Of a stretch of DNA of 64,000 nucleotides, positions 1 through 9,227 are shown one piece after another. Numbering within the stretch: the stretch's first letter is position 1; each line of letters opens with the position of its first letter. Origin of the DNA: Marinobacter sp. (GTDB taxonomy: Bacteria > Pseudomonadota > Gammaproteobacteria > Pseudomonadales > Oleiphilaceae); the NCBI RefSeq assembly GCF_041595835.1, contig NZ_JBFHJO010000002.1:78752-142751 (forward strand). The letters are read 5' to 3'. The position numbers and the translations under genes are program-made. Under the pieces are notes generated by a model. It had not been told where the DNA came from and searched no databases. It saw only the letters and a program-made list of their open reading frames with translations.

Positions 1-1
1 A

Positions 2-382
2 GATTTAGGCGTTGAGCCCCGGGTGGTTCGTGAGATGGAAGGTCGCCTGGCGTCTCGCGATACCTCGTTTGATGGGCCGATGGACGATGATGACGACACG
101 GCGTATCAGGCTCCTGCGCATTACCTTGAAGATCGTCGTGCTGATCCGGCGGTGCAGTTGGAGAATTCCGATTGGTCCGAAGATTCAAACGGCCGCCTTA
201 TGCAGGCTCTGAGCATGCTGGATGAGCGTAGTCAGGATATTCTGAGAGAGCGCTGGCTGACAGACAGTAAGTCGACGTTGCATGAGCTGGCGGATAAGTA
301 TGGTGTTTCTGCTGAGCGGATCCGGCAGCTGGAAAAGAATGCCATGAAGAAGATTAAGGCTCAGATGACGGAAGCAGCCTAG
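2..382 (+). CDS. rpoH: RNA polymerase sigma-32 factor RpoH, C-terminal portion (5' end outside window)
   Basis: Translation ...LGVEPRVVREMEGRLASRD...RSQDILRERWLTDSKSTLHELADKYGVSAERIRQLEKNAMKKIKAQ matches sigma-70 regions 3/4 of RpoH; in-frame from window edge. Confidence 0.9.
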   Translation, partial: DLGVEPRVVREMEGRLASRDTSFDGPMDDDDDTAYQAPAHYLEDRRADPAVQLENSDWSEDSNGRLMQALSMLDERSQDILRERWLTDSKSTLHELADKYGVSAERIRQLEKNAMKKIKAQMTEAA

Positions 383-409
383 CAGTTCTTTTAGTTTGAG
401 TGTTTGAAA

Positions 410-449
410 ACGCCACCACCGTTTCGCGGCTGGTGGCGTTTTTGTTTGT
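410..449 (+). terminator. Rho-independent terminator after rpoH
   Basis: GCCACCACCG-loop-CGGCTGGTGGC stem followed by TTTTTGTTTG. Confidence 0.75.
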
Positions 450-548
450 ATAATCGACGCACCTGTTACAAAACATGCCTTGGGGCAGAAGGGGTTGGAA
501 CGCGCTTTCCAACCCCTTCATTCGAATACTTGAGTGGGATTCCAGAAG

Positions 549-1460
549 ATGAACATAGAGCTTCCTCGTATCGCTTTTCTCGGTATTGGTCTGATGGGCT
601 CACCCATGACCAGAAACCTGCTGAATGCAGGTTATCCAATGACGTTGTGGAACCGCACCGGGAGTAAATGCGAGCCATTTGCTGAAGAGGCAACGATTGC
701 CCGGTCACCTGCCGAAGCCGTCGTTGATGCCGATGTCGTTATCACCATGCTGGAGAACGGACAGGTAGTGGATGATGTGTTGGTGGGGCAAGGCGGGATT
801 GCAGCGTTGAAGGCCGGAGCACTGCTGATTGATATGAGCTCAGTGCAACCTTCGGTGGCTCGTAGCCATGCTGCGTTGGCGGCGGAGAAGGGGGCTGGGT
901 ATCTGGATGCTCCGGTGTCCGGAGGAACTGTCGGTGCGGCCGAAGCGCGGTTGAGTATTATGGTGGGTGGTTCCGAGGACGATGTGGCCCGGGCGTTGCC
1001 TGTGTTCAATGTGCTGGGCAAATGCACTCGTATAGGCCCGGTTGGGGCGGGGCAACTGGCTAAGTTGGCGAATCAGGCGATTGTCGGGATTACTATTGGT
1101 GCAGTGTCTGAGGCATTGTTGCTGGCAGCTAAGGGTGGTGCAGATCCTGCGGCAGTTCGTGAAGCGTTGATGGGAGGGTTTGCCGGGAGTCGGATTCTGG
1201 AACTGCATGGTCAGCGGATGATTGACAGGGACTTTGCCCCGGGTGCGCCGTCGCGGATTCAGCTGAAGGATATGCGGATGATTCTGGATGAGGCTCGCGC
1301 AGAAGGTCTGACCTTGCCTTTGGCGCAGCAGGTTCATAATGAGTATTTGTCTCTAGTGGCGAATGGTCATAGTGATGTAGATCACAGCGGATTGCTGCTG
1401 GAGCTCGAGCATATGAACAGTACCTTGATGGGTTCTCTGGGCCGTGGGCCTAAAGAATAA
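549..1460 (+). CDS. NAD(P)-dependent 2-hydroxy-3-oxopropionate (tartronate semialdehyde) reductase / 3-hydroxyisobutyrate dehydrogenase family
   Basis: N-terminal Rossmann motif FLGIGLMGSPMTRNL, family-typical length ~300 aa; start at MNIEL (549) or upstream ATG 534 uncertain. Confidence 0.8.
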   Translation: MNIELPRIAFLGIGLMGSPMTRNLLNAGYPMTLWNRTGSKCEPFAEEATIARSPAEAVVDADVVITMLENGQVVDDVLVGQGGIAALKAGALLIDMSSVQPSVARSHAALAAEKGAGYLDAPVSGGTVGAAEARLSIMVGGSEDDVARALPVFNVLGKCTRIGPVGAGQLAKLANQAIVGITIGAVSEALLLAAKGGADPAAVREALMGGFAGSRILELHGQRMIDRDFAPGAPSRIQLKDMRMILDEARAEGLTLPLAQQVHNEYLSLVANGHSDVDHSGLLLELEHMNSTLMGSLGRGPKE

Positions 1461-1485
1461 TAGTCTGCTGAATCAGGAGGTTGCC

Positions 1486-2259
1486 ATGCCCCGCTTTGCG
1501 GCTAATGTATCCATGTTGTTCACGGAAGTACCGTTTCTTGAGCGTTTTGCCAGGGCTCGGGCTGCCGGGTTTACCGGGATTGAGTATCTGTTTCCTTATG
1601 AATGGCCCGCAGAATCGATTGCGGCTGAGTTGGAGGCACATGGGCTGGAACAGGTACTGTTCAACTTGCCACCAGGAGATTGGGGGGCCGGGGAGCGTGG
1701 GATTGCCTGTTTGCCGGACCGGGTTGAAGAATTTCGCTCTGGCGTCGATCAGGGCATTGCTTATGCAAAGGCATTGGGCTGCAAGCAGCTGAATTGTCTG
1801 GCCGGAGTGAAGCCGGAAGAGCTGAGCGAGGAAGACGCCTGGAATACCCTGACCGAAAATGTTCAGTATGCCGCTGAGGTTTTTTCGGAAGCTGGGCTGA
1901 CCTTATGTCTCGAAGCCATCAATTCCCGCGTAGATATGCCCGGTTTCATGCTGGATACTACCGGTAAAGTGATGGCGCTGATTGACGCAGTGGATGCTGA
2001 TAATGTGCGCCTGCAGTACGATATCTACCATATGCAGATCATGGAAGGGGATGTTATCCGGTCCATGGAGTGTTTGTTGCCGTGGATTGCGCATATACAG
2101 TTTGCAGATAATCCGGGCCGACACGAGCCCGGAACCGGAGAAATTAACTTTTCGAATGTTTTCGCTGCGCTGGATAAAATGGGTTACAAAGGCTGGGCCA
2201 GCGCAGAGTACAGGCCTTCAGCAGTGACCGAGCACACCTTGGGTTGGTTCAAGGTCTAG
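1486..2259 (+). CDS. hyi: hydroxypyruvate isomerase
   Basis: MPRFAANVSMLFTEVPFLERF...GDWGAGERGIACLP...QYDIYHMQIMEGD closely parallels E. coli Hyi; AGGAGG RBS 8 nt upstream of ATG 1486 (ORF-track start 1444 is an upstream extension). Confidence 0.9.
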   Translation: MPRFAANVSMLFTEVPFLERFARARAAGFTGIEYLFPYEWPAESIAAELEAHGLEQVLFNLPPGDWGAGERGIACLPDRVEEFRSGVDQGIAYAKALGCKQLNCLAGVKPEELSEEDAWNTLTENVQYAAEVFSEAGLTLCLEAINSRVDMPGFMLDTTGKVMALIDAVDADNVRLQYDIYHMQIMEGDVIRSMECLLPWIAHIQFADNPGRHEPGTGEINFSNVFAALDKMGYKGWASAEYRPSAVTEHTLGWFKV

Positions 2260-2368
2260 TTTGACCGTCGCCAGAGGCGACACCCTCTTACAAGATCGTA
2301 ACTGGCTCGCTCTACCTGTTATTCGTAACCTTACAGGTAATGTATTCCGCTATCAGGAGGACACACCG

Positions 2369-3049
2369 GTGAAAGCACTGGTAATCGAAGACGATCAGGA
2401 TGTAGCAAGTTACCTGTTAAAGGGGCTGAAGGAATCTGACTTCGTGGTGGATCACGCTGCCGACGGTAAAGACGGCATGATGATGGCGGCAAGTGAAGAA
2501 TACGACATCATGATTGTCGATCGCATGCTGCCGGGCATGGACGGCCTTTCCATCATTAAAACTGTACGGGCGACGGGTAACCAGACGCCGGTTCTTATCC
2601 TTAGTGCTCTGGGTGATGTAGACGACCGGGTCGAAGGTTTGCGTGGTGGCGGTGACGACTATCTCACCAAGCCGTTTTCGTTCACGGAATTGCTGGCCCG
2701 AATCGAATCTTTGATTCGTCGTAACCGGCAGGCTGCAGAAACGGAAACTGTGCTGAAAGTGGCAGATCTGGAAATGGATCTGCTGGCTCGCACAGTCAAG
2801 CGTTCCGGCCAGAACATTGATGTTCAGCCGCGGGAATTTCGTTTGTTGGAATACCTGATGCGTAATGCCGGCCAAGTGGTTACCCGTACTATGCTGCTGG
2901 AAAAGGTCTGGGATTATCACTTTGATCCGCAAACCAACGTGATCGACGTGCACATCAGTCGCCTGCGCGCCAAAATCGATAAGGAATTCGATACTCCCCT
3001 GTTGCAGACGGTTCGGGGTGCAGGATACATGTTGCGTGAAACTGCTTAG
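2369..3049 (+). CDS. OmpR-family two-component response regulator
   Basis: Receiver domain (VIEDDQDV...IMIVDRMLPGMDG...KPF) plus winged-helix trans_reg_C (VHISRLRAKID...VRGAGY); AGGAGG RBS before GTG 2369, ORF-track start 2261 is probably an extension. Confidence 0.8.
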   Translation: MKALVIEDDQDVASYLLKGLKESDFVVDHAADGKDGMMMAASEEYDIMIVDRMLPGMDGLSIIKTVRATGNQTPVLILSALGDVDDRVEGLRGGGDDYLTKPFSFTELLARIESLIRRNRQAAETETVLKVADLEMDLLARTVKRSGQNIDVQPREFRLLEYLMRNAGQVVTRTMLLEKVWDYHFDPQTNVIDVHISRLRAKIDKEFDTPLLQTVRGAGYMLRETA

Positions 3050-4511
3050 TCAGCTTAGAACGTCCTCTTTCCAGCTGGCGCTGCTGTATATGGTGGTGTT
3101 TGCCACCTCGGTATTTTTGCTTCTGGCATTTATATACTGGCGCACAGCTGGGTTCATGACCGCCCAAACCGATGAAACCATTGAGGCTGAAATTGCAGGC
3201 TTGGCGGAGCAGTATCGGGGGCGCGGCGTAAACGGGCTGATCACCATCATTCGGGAACGTGTAGCCCGTGATCCGAACGCCAAATCTGTTTATCTTCTTA
3301 CCACGGATGATCTTCTGAAACTTGCGGGCAACATTGAGGCCTGGCCGGAAGGTAGCCGTTCAGCAGAAAGCGGCTGGATTAACTTTACTCTGGACTCAGC
3401 TGTTGGCTGGCATGGGCCAGAGCGACTGGCGCGCGCCCGTATCTTTGATGTGCAGGGCGGTCTTCGTTTATTGGTGGGCCGTGATGTTGATGACCTGACC
3501 AATCTCAAACGGGTGATCGAAGGTGCTATCAACTGGGGTATGGGAATTACTCTGGCGCTGGCCTTGCTCGGTGGCTTTCTGATGAGCCGAAGCACTACGC
3601 GGCGAATCGAAATAATTAATAATACCTCTCGTCGAATAATGAATGGCCATCTGTCGCTAAGAATTCCCACCCGCGGTACAGACGACGATTTTGATCAGCT
3701 TGCCGAAAACCTGAACCAGATGCTTGACCGTATCGTGTCTCTGATGGAAGGCATTCGACACGTATCCGACAGCATTGCCCATGACCTCCGCACTCCACTT
3801 ACGCGCCTTCGGAACCAGTTGGAAAGAACTCTGATATCCGTTGATAACGACGAAGCCCGCGAACAAGTGGGTCGCGCAGTTTCAGAAGCGGACCAGCTGC
3901 TGGCGACTTTCAACGCTTTGCTGCGCATAGCCCGCCTGGAAACCCGGGGTAATTCGGCTGATATGAAAGTCGTGTCGCTGGATGAGTTGGTCAGCGATGC
4001 CTGTGAACTCTATGAAGCGCTGGCGGAAGATAAAGAGCAGGACTTCAGCCAGTCTTTGGAAACCGGCGTGATGATTGAAGGCGACCGGGATTTGTTGTTC
4101 CAGATGGTAAGCAATCTGATCGACAATGCCATTAAATACACCCCGGAACACGGTGCCATTATTGTGGTGGTGCGTAAGGAGGGGGCCAGTGCGGTATTTG
4201 AGGTCAAGGATTCTGGCATCGGGATTCCCGATAGTGAAAAAGATCAGGTGTTTCAGCGCTTTTACCGGGTCGGCAAGAGTCGTTCGTTACCGGGCAACGG
4301 GCTGGGCCTTAGTCTGGTGAGTGCCGTGGCGGAAATCCATCAGGGCGAGATTTTTCTGGAAGACACTGCCCCGGAAGACGATCCGCCGGGGCTCACCGTT
4401 GCGGTCAGGATGCCGGCGTTTACCGGTGTAAGGAAGCGTATAAAGGCTACTCAGATTGAGCAGAATGAGACCGCAGATGAGCTTGGTTCATCCGCGGGCT
4501 CTCAGGCATGA
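3018..4511 (+). CDS. EnvZ-type sensor histidine kinase (two TM, HAMP, HisKA, HATPase_c)
   Basis: H-box AHDLRTPLTRL, N-box NLIDNAIKYT, G-boxes DSGIGIP and GNGLGLSLV; overlaps RR gene end, so the exact start is uncertain. Confidence 0.85.
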   Translation: MQDTCCVKLLSQLRTSSFQLALLYMVVFATSVFLLLAFIYWRTAGFMTAQTDETIEAEIAGLAEQYRGRGVNGLITIIRERVARDPNAKSVYLLTTDDLLKLAGNIEAWPEGSRSAESGWINFTLDSAVGWHGPERLARARIFDVQGGLRLLVGRDVDDLTNLKRVIEGAINWGMGITLALALLGGFLMSRSTTRRIEIINNTSRRIMNGHLSLRIPTRGTDDDFDQLAENLNQMLDRIVSLMEGIRHVSDSIAHDLRTPLTRLRNQLERTLISVDNDEAREQVGRAVSEADQLLATFNALLRIARLETRGNSADMKVVSLDELVSDACELYEALAEDKEQDFSQSLETGVMIEGDRDLLFQMVSNLIDNAIKYTPEHGAIIVVVRKEGASAVFEVKDSGIGIPDSEKDQVFQRFYRVGKSRSLPGNGLGLSLVSAVAEIHQGEIFLEDTAPEDDPPGLTVAVRMPAFTGVRKRIKATQIEQNETADELGSSAGSQA

Positions 4512-4513
4512 TT

Positions 4514-4795
4514 TCAGTGGCTGGCACGAAAGCGATTAACGTGTGTCAGCACAGGGCTTAAAATCGCGTCGGCACGGTTTTCTACGTGTTGGGTCAGATG
4601 CTCGATTTGTGAACGGCGTCGGTCAACTTTTGCCTGCAGACTGTCCCATTCACCTTCCAGGTGCTTCTGTTCTGCCATCAAAAAAGCTGCGATGTTATGG
4701 CGGTTCAGCTTGTTGGTGATGCCCATCTCGTCCAGCTTGAAGCCCAGGCTATCAACGCCTTCCAGTACCAGGCCTACAATCTTTTGAGTGTTCAT
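4514..4795 (-). CDS. hypothetical small protein (93 aa, helical, charged)
   Basis: Clean ORF with GGAG RBS 9 nt upstream of ATG; no family recognised. Confidence 0.5.
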   Translation of the reverse strand: MNTQKIVGLVLEGVDSLGFKLDEMGITNKLNRHNIAAFLMAEQKHLEGEWDSLQAKVDRRRSQIEHLTQHVENRADAILSPVLTHVNRFRASH

Positions 4796-5022
4796 TTTGG
4801 TGTCTCCAATAGACGATGGTTAATGTTTATTGGGTATGAACGCTATCGATCGAGGCTAGAGTGTGCAACCTAATTTCAGGTGTCCGCCGAAAGGCTTGTC
4901 TTGCTAAAAGGTAACCTGGTGGCCACGGCAGGGTAATGCGCATCATGCAGAATAGAGGTGTAGGTGAGGGAGCTGGTCCGCAACAAGCTTGCTTCTTCCT
5001 CCAGCACAGCGCTAGCCTTATA

Positions 5023-5048
5023 CCCCGTGATTCACGGGGTTTTTTTTG
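5023..5048 (+). terminator. Rho-independent terminator (CCCCGTG-att-CACGGGG followed by T8) just upstream of greB, possibly the 3' end of a small RNA
   Basis: Perfect 7-bp GC stem plus 8 consecutive T on the plus strand; nearest upstream plus-strand CDS ends 500 nt away. Confidence 0.7.
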
Positions 5049-5085
5049 CCTCAAAACTTCTGAGCCAGGCTGGACATAACGCGAC

Positions 5086-5586
5086 ATGGTGAAAACGACA
5101 GCGACTCCCGGGCATGCTCCTCGCTACATTACCCCTGAAGGGGAGCGCGCCTTACGCGAAGAGCTACAGTACTTGTGGAAGGTTAAGCGACCGGAGGTGA
5201 CTCAAGCTGTGCGAGAAGCTGCTGCGCAAGGTGATCGCTCTGAAAATGCAGAGTATATATACGGCAAGAAGCAGTTGCGGGAAATCGACAGAAGAGTGCG
5301 CTTTCTCAGCAAACGACTGGATGAGCTGACGGTGGTGGATCGCCTGCCGGAGGATCAGAGCCGTGTGTACTTCGGTGCTTGGGTAACCGTTGAAGACGAC
5401 GAGGGTAATGAACAATCTTATCGGCTGGTGGGGGCAGATGAATTTGATCTCAGCAAAGGCTATCTGAGCATTAATGCACCTCTGGCCAGAGCGTTGATAG
5501 GTAAACATCTGGATGATGAAGTGTCTGTGAGGACGCCAGAGGGCTGGAAAACGGTTTTGATTACAGATATTCGTTATAGCGCATGA
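5086..5586 (+). CDS. greB: transcription elongation factor GreB
   Basis: GreA/GreB family: N-terminal coiled coil YITPEGERALREEL...GDRSENAEY and C-terminal FKBP-like domain; 166 aa with the basic N-terminal patch typical of GreB. Confidence 0.8.
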   Translation: MVKTTATPGHAPRYITPEGERALREELQYLWKVKRPEVTQAVREAAAQGDRSENAEYIYGKKQLREIDRRVRFLSKRLDELTVVDRLPEDQSRVYFGAWVTVEDDEGNEQSYRLVGADEFDLSKGYLSINAPLARALIGKHLDDEVSVRTPEGWKTVLITDIRYSA

Positions 5587-5715
5587 TTGTCCGACAAGTG
5601 AGAGTTGTCACAAAACAGTCTTTTTATTGAGCGAAGTGTAAAGTTTGGCTATACACTGATTGAATATTGTCACTCTTGATGGGTGGGGTGCGAATAATAA
5701 ATCAGGAAAGCTGTC

Positions 5716-6183
5716 ATGGATGCCTTGAATCAACTCGCTGGAAAAGTCACAAAGCCGGGTCTTATAGTAGGTTGTGCAGGTCTGTCGATGGGATTGATTG
5801 TTTCAGGGATGGCCTTTGCTCAGCCGGAACCCTCTGAAGTGCCCGCTTTTGAGTACGAAGAGCGCTCAACCATTCATACCATTCCATTCAATTCCATTGA
5901 GGAAGAGGCTCTCGCTAATACGATTATAGAGGGTGGTCTGGCCGCTCCGGCAGCGGGTGTTCCTGTGCAGTCAGGCAAAGATGCTGATTTCTATCTCGAT
6001 CCACTGGCGCTTCAGCCGAGAGATGAGCGAACCGATTTGGGCCGGTCTGAAATTCCGGTGGATATTCGCTTCGAGAATCCTAAGGTGGTGCCTGGTCAGA
6101 CACACAGTAACAACTACCTGATTCGCCAGCCTACAAATCGTACCTACGACGCGCTCAATGTGAATATGACAGAGCGCCCTTAA
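5716..6183 (+). CDS. secreted hypothetical protein (signal peptide, 155 aa)
   Basis: N-terminal hydrophobic segment with AFA-Q cleavage-like site; AT-rich promoter region upstream; no family recognised. Confidence 0.6.
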   Translation: MDALNQLAGKVTKPGLIVGCAGLSMGLIVSGMAFAQPEPSEVPAFEYEERSTIHTIPFNSIEEEALANTIIEGGLAAPAAGVPVQSGKDADFYLDPLALQPRDERTDLGRSEIPVDIRFENPKVVPGQTHSNNYLIRQPTNRTYDALNVNMTERP

Positions 6184-6194
6184 CTGCCGTAGCT

Positions 6195-6506
6195 TCAGGC
6201 TGCAGCGGTATCGGGTTGGGCGGCTTTGTTCAGTACATCCTCATAGAAGAAGGCGAGCGCATGCTTTGCCTGATTAAGCCTTGCCCTTGATACTCGTACC
6301 TTTTCACTCAGGTAGCCAAGAAACAGAGTTTGGTCTTCTTGTGCCAGGCTATCTGGGTCCTTCAGGCCGTGAAACAGCATAAAACGGCTGATCCAGTGCA
6401 GGTAGGTCTGTTCTGCCCGCTGGTTGAGTTCACGTTTTCGGATGGCAACCTGAACAAGGTTTACCATGCCGGGGCGTGATTGCTCCAGCGCTTCAGTGAT
6501 GTCCAT
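6195..6506 (-). CDS. phage-integrase N-terminal SAM-like (core-binding) domain protein, stand-alone
   Basis: EQTYLHWISRFMLFHGLKDP...TLFLGYL...AKHALAFFYEDVL resembles the integrase N-terminal SAM-like domain; start taken at MDITEAL (ATG 6506, GGAAGAA RBS) rather than ORF-track 6596. Confidence 0.55.
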   Translation of the reverse strand: MDITEALEQSRPGMVNLVQVAIRKRELNQRAEQTYLHWISRFMLFHGLKDPDSLAQEDQTLFLGYLSEKVRVSRARLNQAKHALAFFYEDVLNKAAQPDTAAA

Positions 6507-6602
6507 TTTAGGTTCTTCCGTATGATTTGTTGTTCTTATGTTGCGCGCATCATATGACAAACGTGTGAAAGGCGCAAAAATACAGAGACAGGACAAGGTG
6601 AT

Positions 6603-6650
6603 AAAAAAGCGGGGACCCGCCGGCAGGTGCCGGCAGGTTACTCGAACGGC
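6603..6650 (-). terminator. putative Rho-independent terminator downstream of ACBP gene
   Basis: On the minus strand a GC-rich hairpin (GCGGG..CCCGC) is followed by TTTTTT. Confidence 0.4.
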
Positions 6651-6911
6651 TTACTTAAGGGATTCCAGTTTATCGATGTACTTCTGCATGGCTTCATCGC
6701 TGGAGGCACCTTTCAGTTTCTCCCACGCGTCGTATTTTGCGCGGCCAACGAAATCCATCATGCCCGGGCGCTTGCCGGAAACGTCACCTTCAGTGGCTTG
6801 CTTGTACAGGGCATAGAATTCGAGTTTCAGTTCATTTGATGGCTGGAAATCGCCATCGGCGGTCTTGATGTAGTTTACCGACTCTTCAAATTTTGTTTTC
6901 AGGTCACTCAT
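6651..6911 (-). CDS. acyl-CoA-binding protein (ACBP)
   Basis: 86 aa; FEESVNYIK...KLEFYALYKQATEGDV...GRAKYDAWEKLKG is the canonical ACBP four-helix signature. Confidence 0.85.
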   Translation of the reverse strand: MSDLKTKFEESVNYIKTADGDFQPSNELKLEFYALYKQATEGDVSGKRPGMMDFVGRAKYDAWEKLKGASSDEAMQKYIDKLESLK

Positions 6912-7106
6912 TGTTGTGCTCCTTGGATTGAAAGGTTGTCTCCCTTAACGATTCCGGAGTATAGCTGCGGCAATCACTTCCGTCATTGACTGAAACAGCG
7001 TCAGACTTGGCATTATGGCGATCTGGCAAAAGTTTGCCCAAGTCCTCATTTTGAGCCATTTCTGGCCAGTTGTTGGTTGAGAAAGTCCGGGCTCCGGTGT
7101 AAAGTT

Positions 7107-7133
7107 CCTGCCGTTGTCTGCTAGGAAGGCAGG
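7107..7133 (+). promoter_or_regulatory. GC hairpin (CCTGCC-N15-GGCAGG) in the tssB leader/promoter region
   Basis: 6-bp inverted repeat 50 bp upstream of the tssB start. Confidence 0.3.
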
Positions 7134-7181
7134 CATAAAGGACTGAAATACGCTGCAAATGAATTGCACAGGGAGCACGTC

Positions 7182-7679
7182 ATGTCTGGCAAAGATGGTT
7201 CTGTCGCGCCAAAAGAGCGCATCAATATCAAGTATGTCCCCGCTACAGGAGATCAGCAGGCTGAAACTGAACTGCCGCTGAAGATGTTCGTGGTTGGTGA
7301 TTTCAAGGGGCATGCTGAAGAAACCCCCATTGAAGACCGTAAAGCCATTTCTGTTGATAAGAACAACTTCCGTTCTGTTATGAAGGAAGCTGGGCTTACT
7401 ATCTCTACCTCTGTACCCAACAAGCTTGAAGACAATGCTGATGACCTGCCGGTTAACCTGCAGATAGAAGGGCTGGAAGATTTCTCCCCTGACAGCATCG
7501 CGCGCCAGGTTCCTGAGCTGAAAAAGCTGATTGAACTGCGTGAAGCGCTTGTTGCCCTCAAGGGCCCTCTCGGTAACGTTCCGTCATTCCGCTCCAAGCT
7601 TCAGGAGTTGCTGGATAACGACAGCGCCCGGGAATCGCTGCTGGCTGAGCTGGAACTGGCGACTGAAAGCGGCGAGTAA
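7182..7679 (+). CDS. tssB: T6SS contractile sheath small subunit TssB (VipA)
   Basis: MSGKDGSVAPKERINIKYVPATGDQQAETELPLKMFVVGDF is the hallmark TssB N-terminus; GGGAG RBS before ATG 7182. Confidence 0.95.
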   Translation: MSGKDGSVAPKERINIKYVPATGDQQAETELPLKMFVVGDFKGHAEETPIEDRKAISVDKNNFRSVMKEAGLTISTSVPNKLEDNADDLPVNLQIEGLEDFSPDSIARQVPELKKLIELREALVALKGPLGNVPSFRSKLQELLDNDSARESLLAELELATESGE

Positions 7680-7742
7680 TCGCGTTTCCGGAACCGGGTA
7701 CAACCAACACCAATTATCAATTACGTACTGAAGGGATGTGGT

Positions 7743-9224
7743 ATGTCTGATACTGCTGTGCAGCAATCTGCTGCCTCCGAATCCGTGGCAGAGGGCTCTC
7801 TGCTTGACCAGGTTATGGCCAACAGCCGCATGGCGCCGGCCGATGAAGGTTACGATGTTGCCCGAAAGGGTGTCGCAACCTTTATTGCCAACCTATTGAA
7901 AAGCGATGAAAAAGGCCAGCCGGTCAATAAGGCCCTCGTGGACCAGATGGTGGTAGAACTGGACCGCAAGATCAGCGCTCAGATGGATGAAGTTTTGCAC
8001 GCTCCGAAGCTGCAGGAACTGGAATCTTCCTGGCGTGGGCTGAAGCTGATGATCGATCGCACTGAATTCCGAGAAAACATCAAGGTAGACATTCTGCACG
8101 CAACCAAACAGGAACTGCTGGAAGACTTTGAATTTGCTCCGGACGTTACCCAGACCGGTTTTTATAAGCATGTTTACGCTGCAGAATATGGTCAGTTTGG
8201 TGGCGAGCCTGTTGGTGCCATTGTTGGCAACTATGCTTTTAGTCCGGCGACGCCAGACATGAAGTTGCTGCAGTATGTGTCTTCAGTGGGGGCTATGTCT
8301 CACGCACCCTTTCTGTCTTCGGTAGCGCCATCTTTCTTTGGTGTCGATAGCTATCAGGAGCTGCCGGCTATTAAAGAGCTAAGCGCAGTATTCGAGGGAC
8401 CGAAATATGCTAAATGGCGCTCTCTGCGCGAATCTGAAGATGCTCGTTATCTGGGCCTGACGGCACCGCGCTTCCTGTTGCGTACGCCTTATGACCCGAC
8501 AGAAAATCCCGTGCGCAGTTTTAACTACAAAGAAAACGTCTCAGGTGATCACGAGCACTACCTGTGGGGCAATACGGCTTACTTGCTGGGCACCCGTTTG
8601 ACGGACAGTTTCGCCAAATATCGCTGGTGCCCGAACATCATCGGCCCACAAAGCGGCGGTGCGGTTGATGATCTGCCTGTACATACCTTCGAATCTTTTG
8701 GTCAGCTGGAAGCGAAGATCCCGACGGAAGTTCTGATCACTGATCGTCGTGAATACGAATTGGCTGAAGAAGGGTTCATCGCCCTGACCATGCGCAAAGG
8801 CAGTGACAACGCAGCCTTTTTCTCGGCCAACTCGGTGCAGAAGCCTAAGCAGTTCCCGAATACCAAAGAGGGTAAGGAGGCGGAAACCAATTACAAATTG
8901 GGTACTCAGTTGCCTTACATGATGATTGTGAACCGCCTGGCTCACTACATCAAAGTGCTACAGCGTGAACAGATCGGTTCCTGGAAAGAACGTCAGGATC
9001 TGGAGCGTGAGCTGAATACCTGGATCCGCCAGTACGTGGCAGACCAGGAAAACCCGCCGGCCGAAGTTCGCAGTCGTCGCCCACTGCGTGCCGCGCAGGT
9101 TGTAGTGTCTGATGTAGAGGGTGACCCGGGCTGGTACCAGATCTCGCTGGCAGTACGCCCGCACTTTAAGTACATGGGTGCGAACTTCGAACTCTCGTTG
9201 GTTGGCCGGCTGGACAAGGATTAA
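7743..9224 (+). CDS. tssC: T6SS contractile sheath large subunit TssC (VipB)
   Basis: 493 aa; conserved TssC segments GFYKHVYAAEYGQFGGEPVGAIVGNYAF and PRFLLRTPYDP. Confidence 0.95.
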   Translation: MSDTAVQQSAASESVAEGSLLDQVMANSRMAPADEGYDVARKGVATFIANLLKSDEKGQPVNKALVDQMVVELDRKISAQMDEVLHAPKLQELESSWRGLKLMIDRTEFRENIKVDILHATKQELLEDFEFAPDVTQTGFYKHVYAAEYGQFGGEPVGAIVGNYAFSPATPDMKLLQYVSSVGAMSHAPFLSSVAPSFFGVDSYQELPAIKELSAVFEGPKYAKWRSLRESEDARYLGLTAPRFLLRTPYDPTENPVRSFNYKENVSGDHEHYLWGNTAYLLGTRLTDSFAKYRWCPNIIGPQSGGAVDDLPVHTFESFGQLEAKIPTEVLITDRREYELAEEGFIALTMRKGSDNAAFFSANSVQKPKQFPNTKEGKEAETNYKLGTQLPYMMIVNRLAHYIKVLQREQIGSWKERQDLERELNTWIRQYVADQENPPAEVRSRRPLRAAQVVVSDVEGDPGWYQISLAVRPHFKYMGANFELSLVGRLDKD

Positions 9225-9227
9225 TCC

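Noticed and set aside
6651-6911. Small gene immediately upstream of tssB considered as a possible hcp
   Set aside because: The 86-aa sequence is a textbook acyl-CoA-binding protein (KQATEGD...YDAWEKLKG) and has none of the Hcp beta-sandwich motifs. It is also on the opposite strand.
7021-7037. Sigma-54 promoter TGGCA-aaagt-TTGC upstream of tssB
   Set aside because: The spacer between the GG and GC elements is one nucleotide shorter than the strict consensus, so it is kept only as a low-interest note and not called a promoter.
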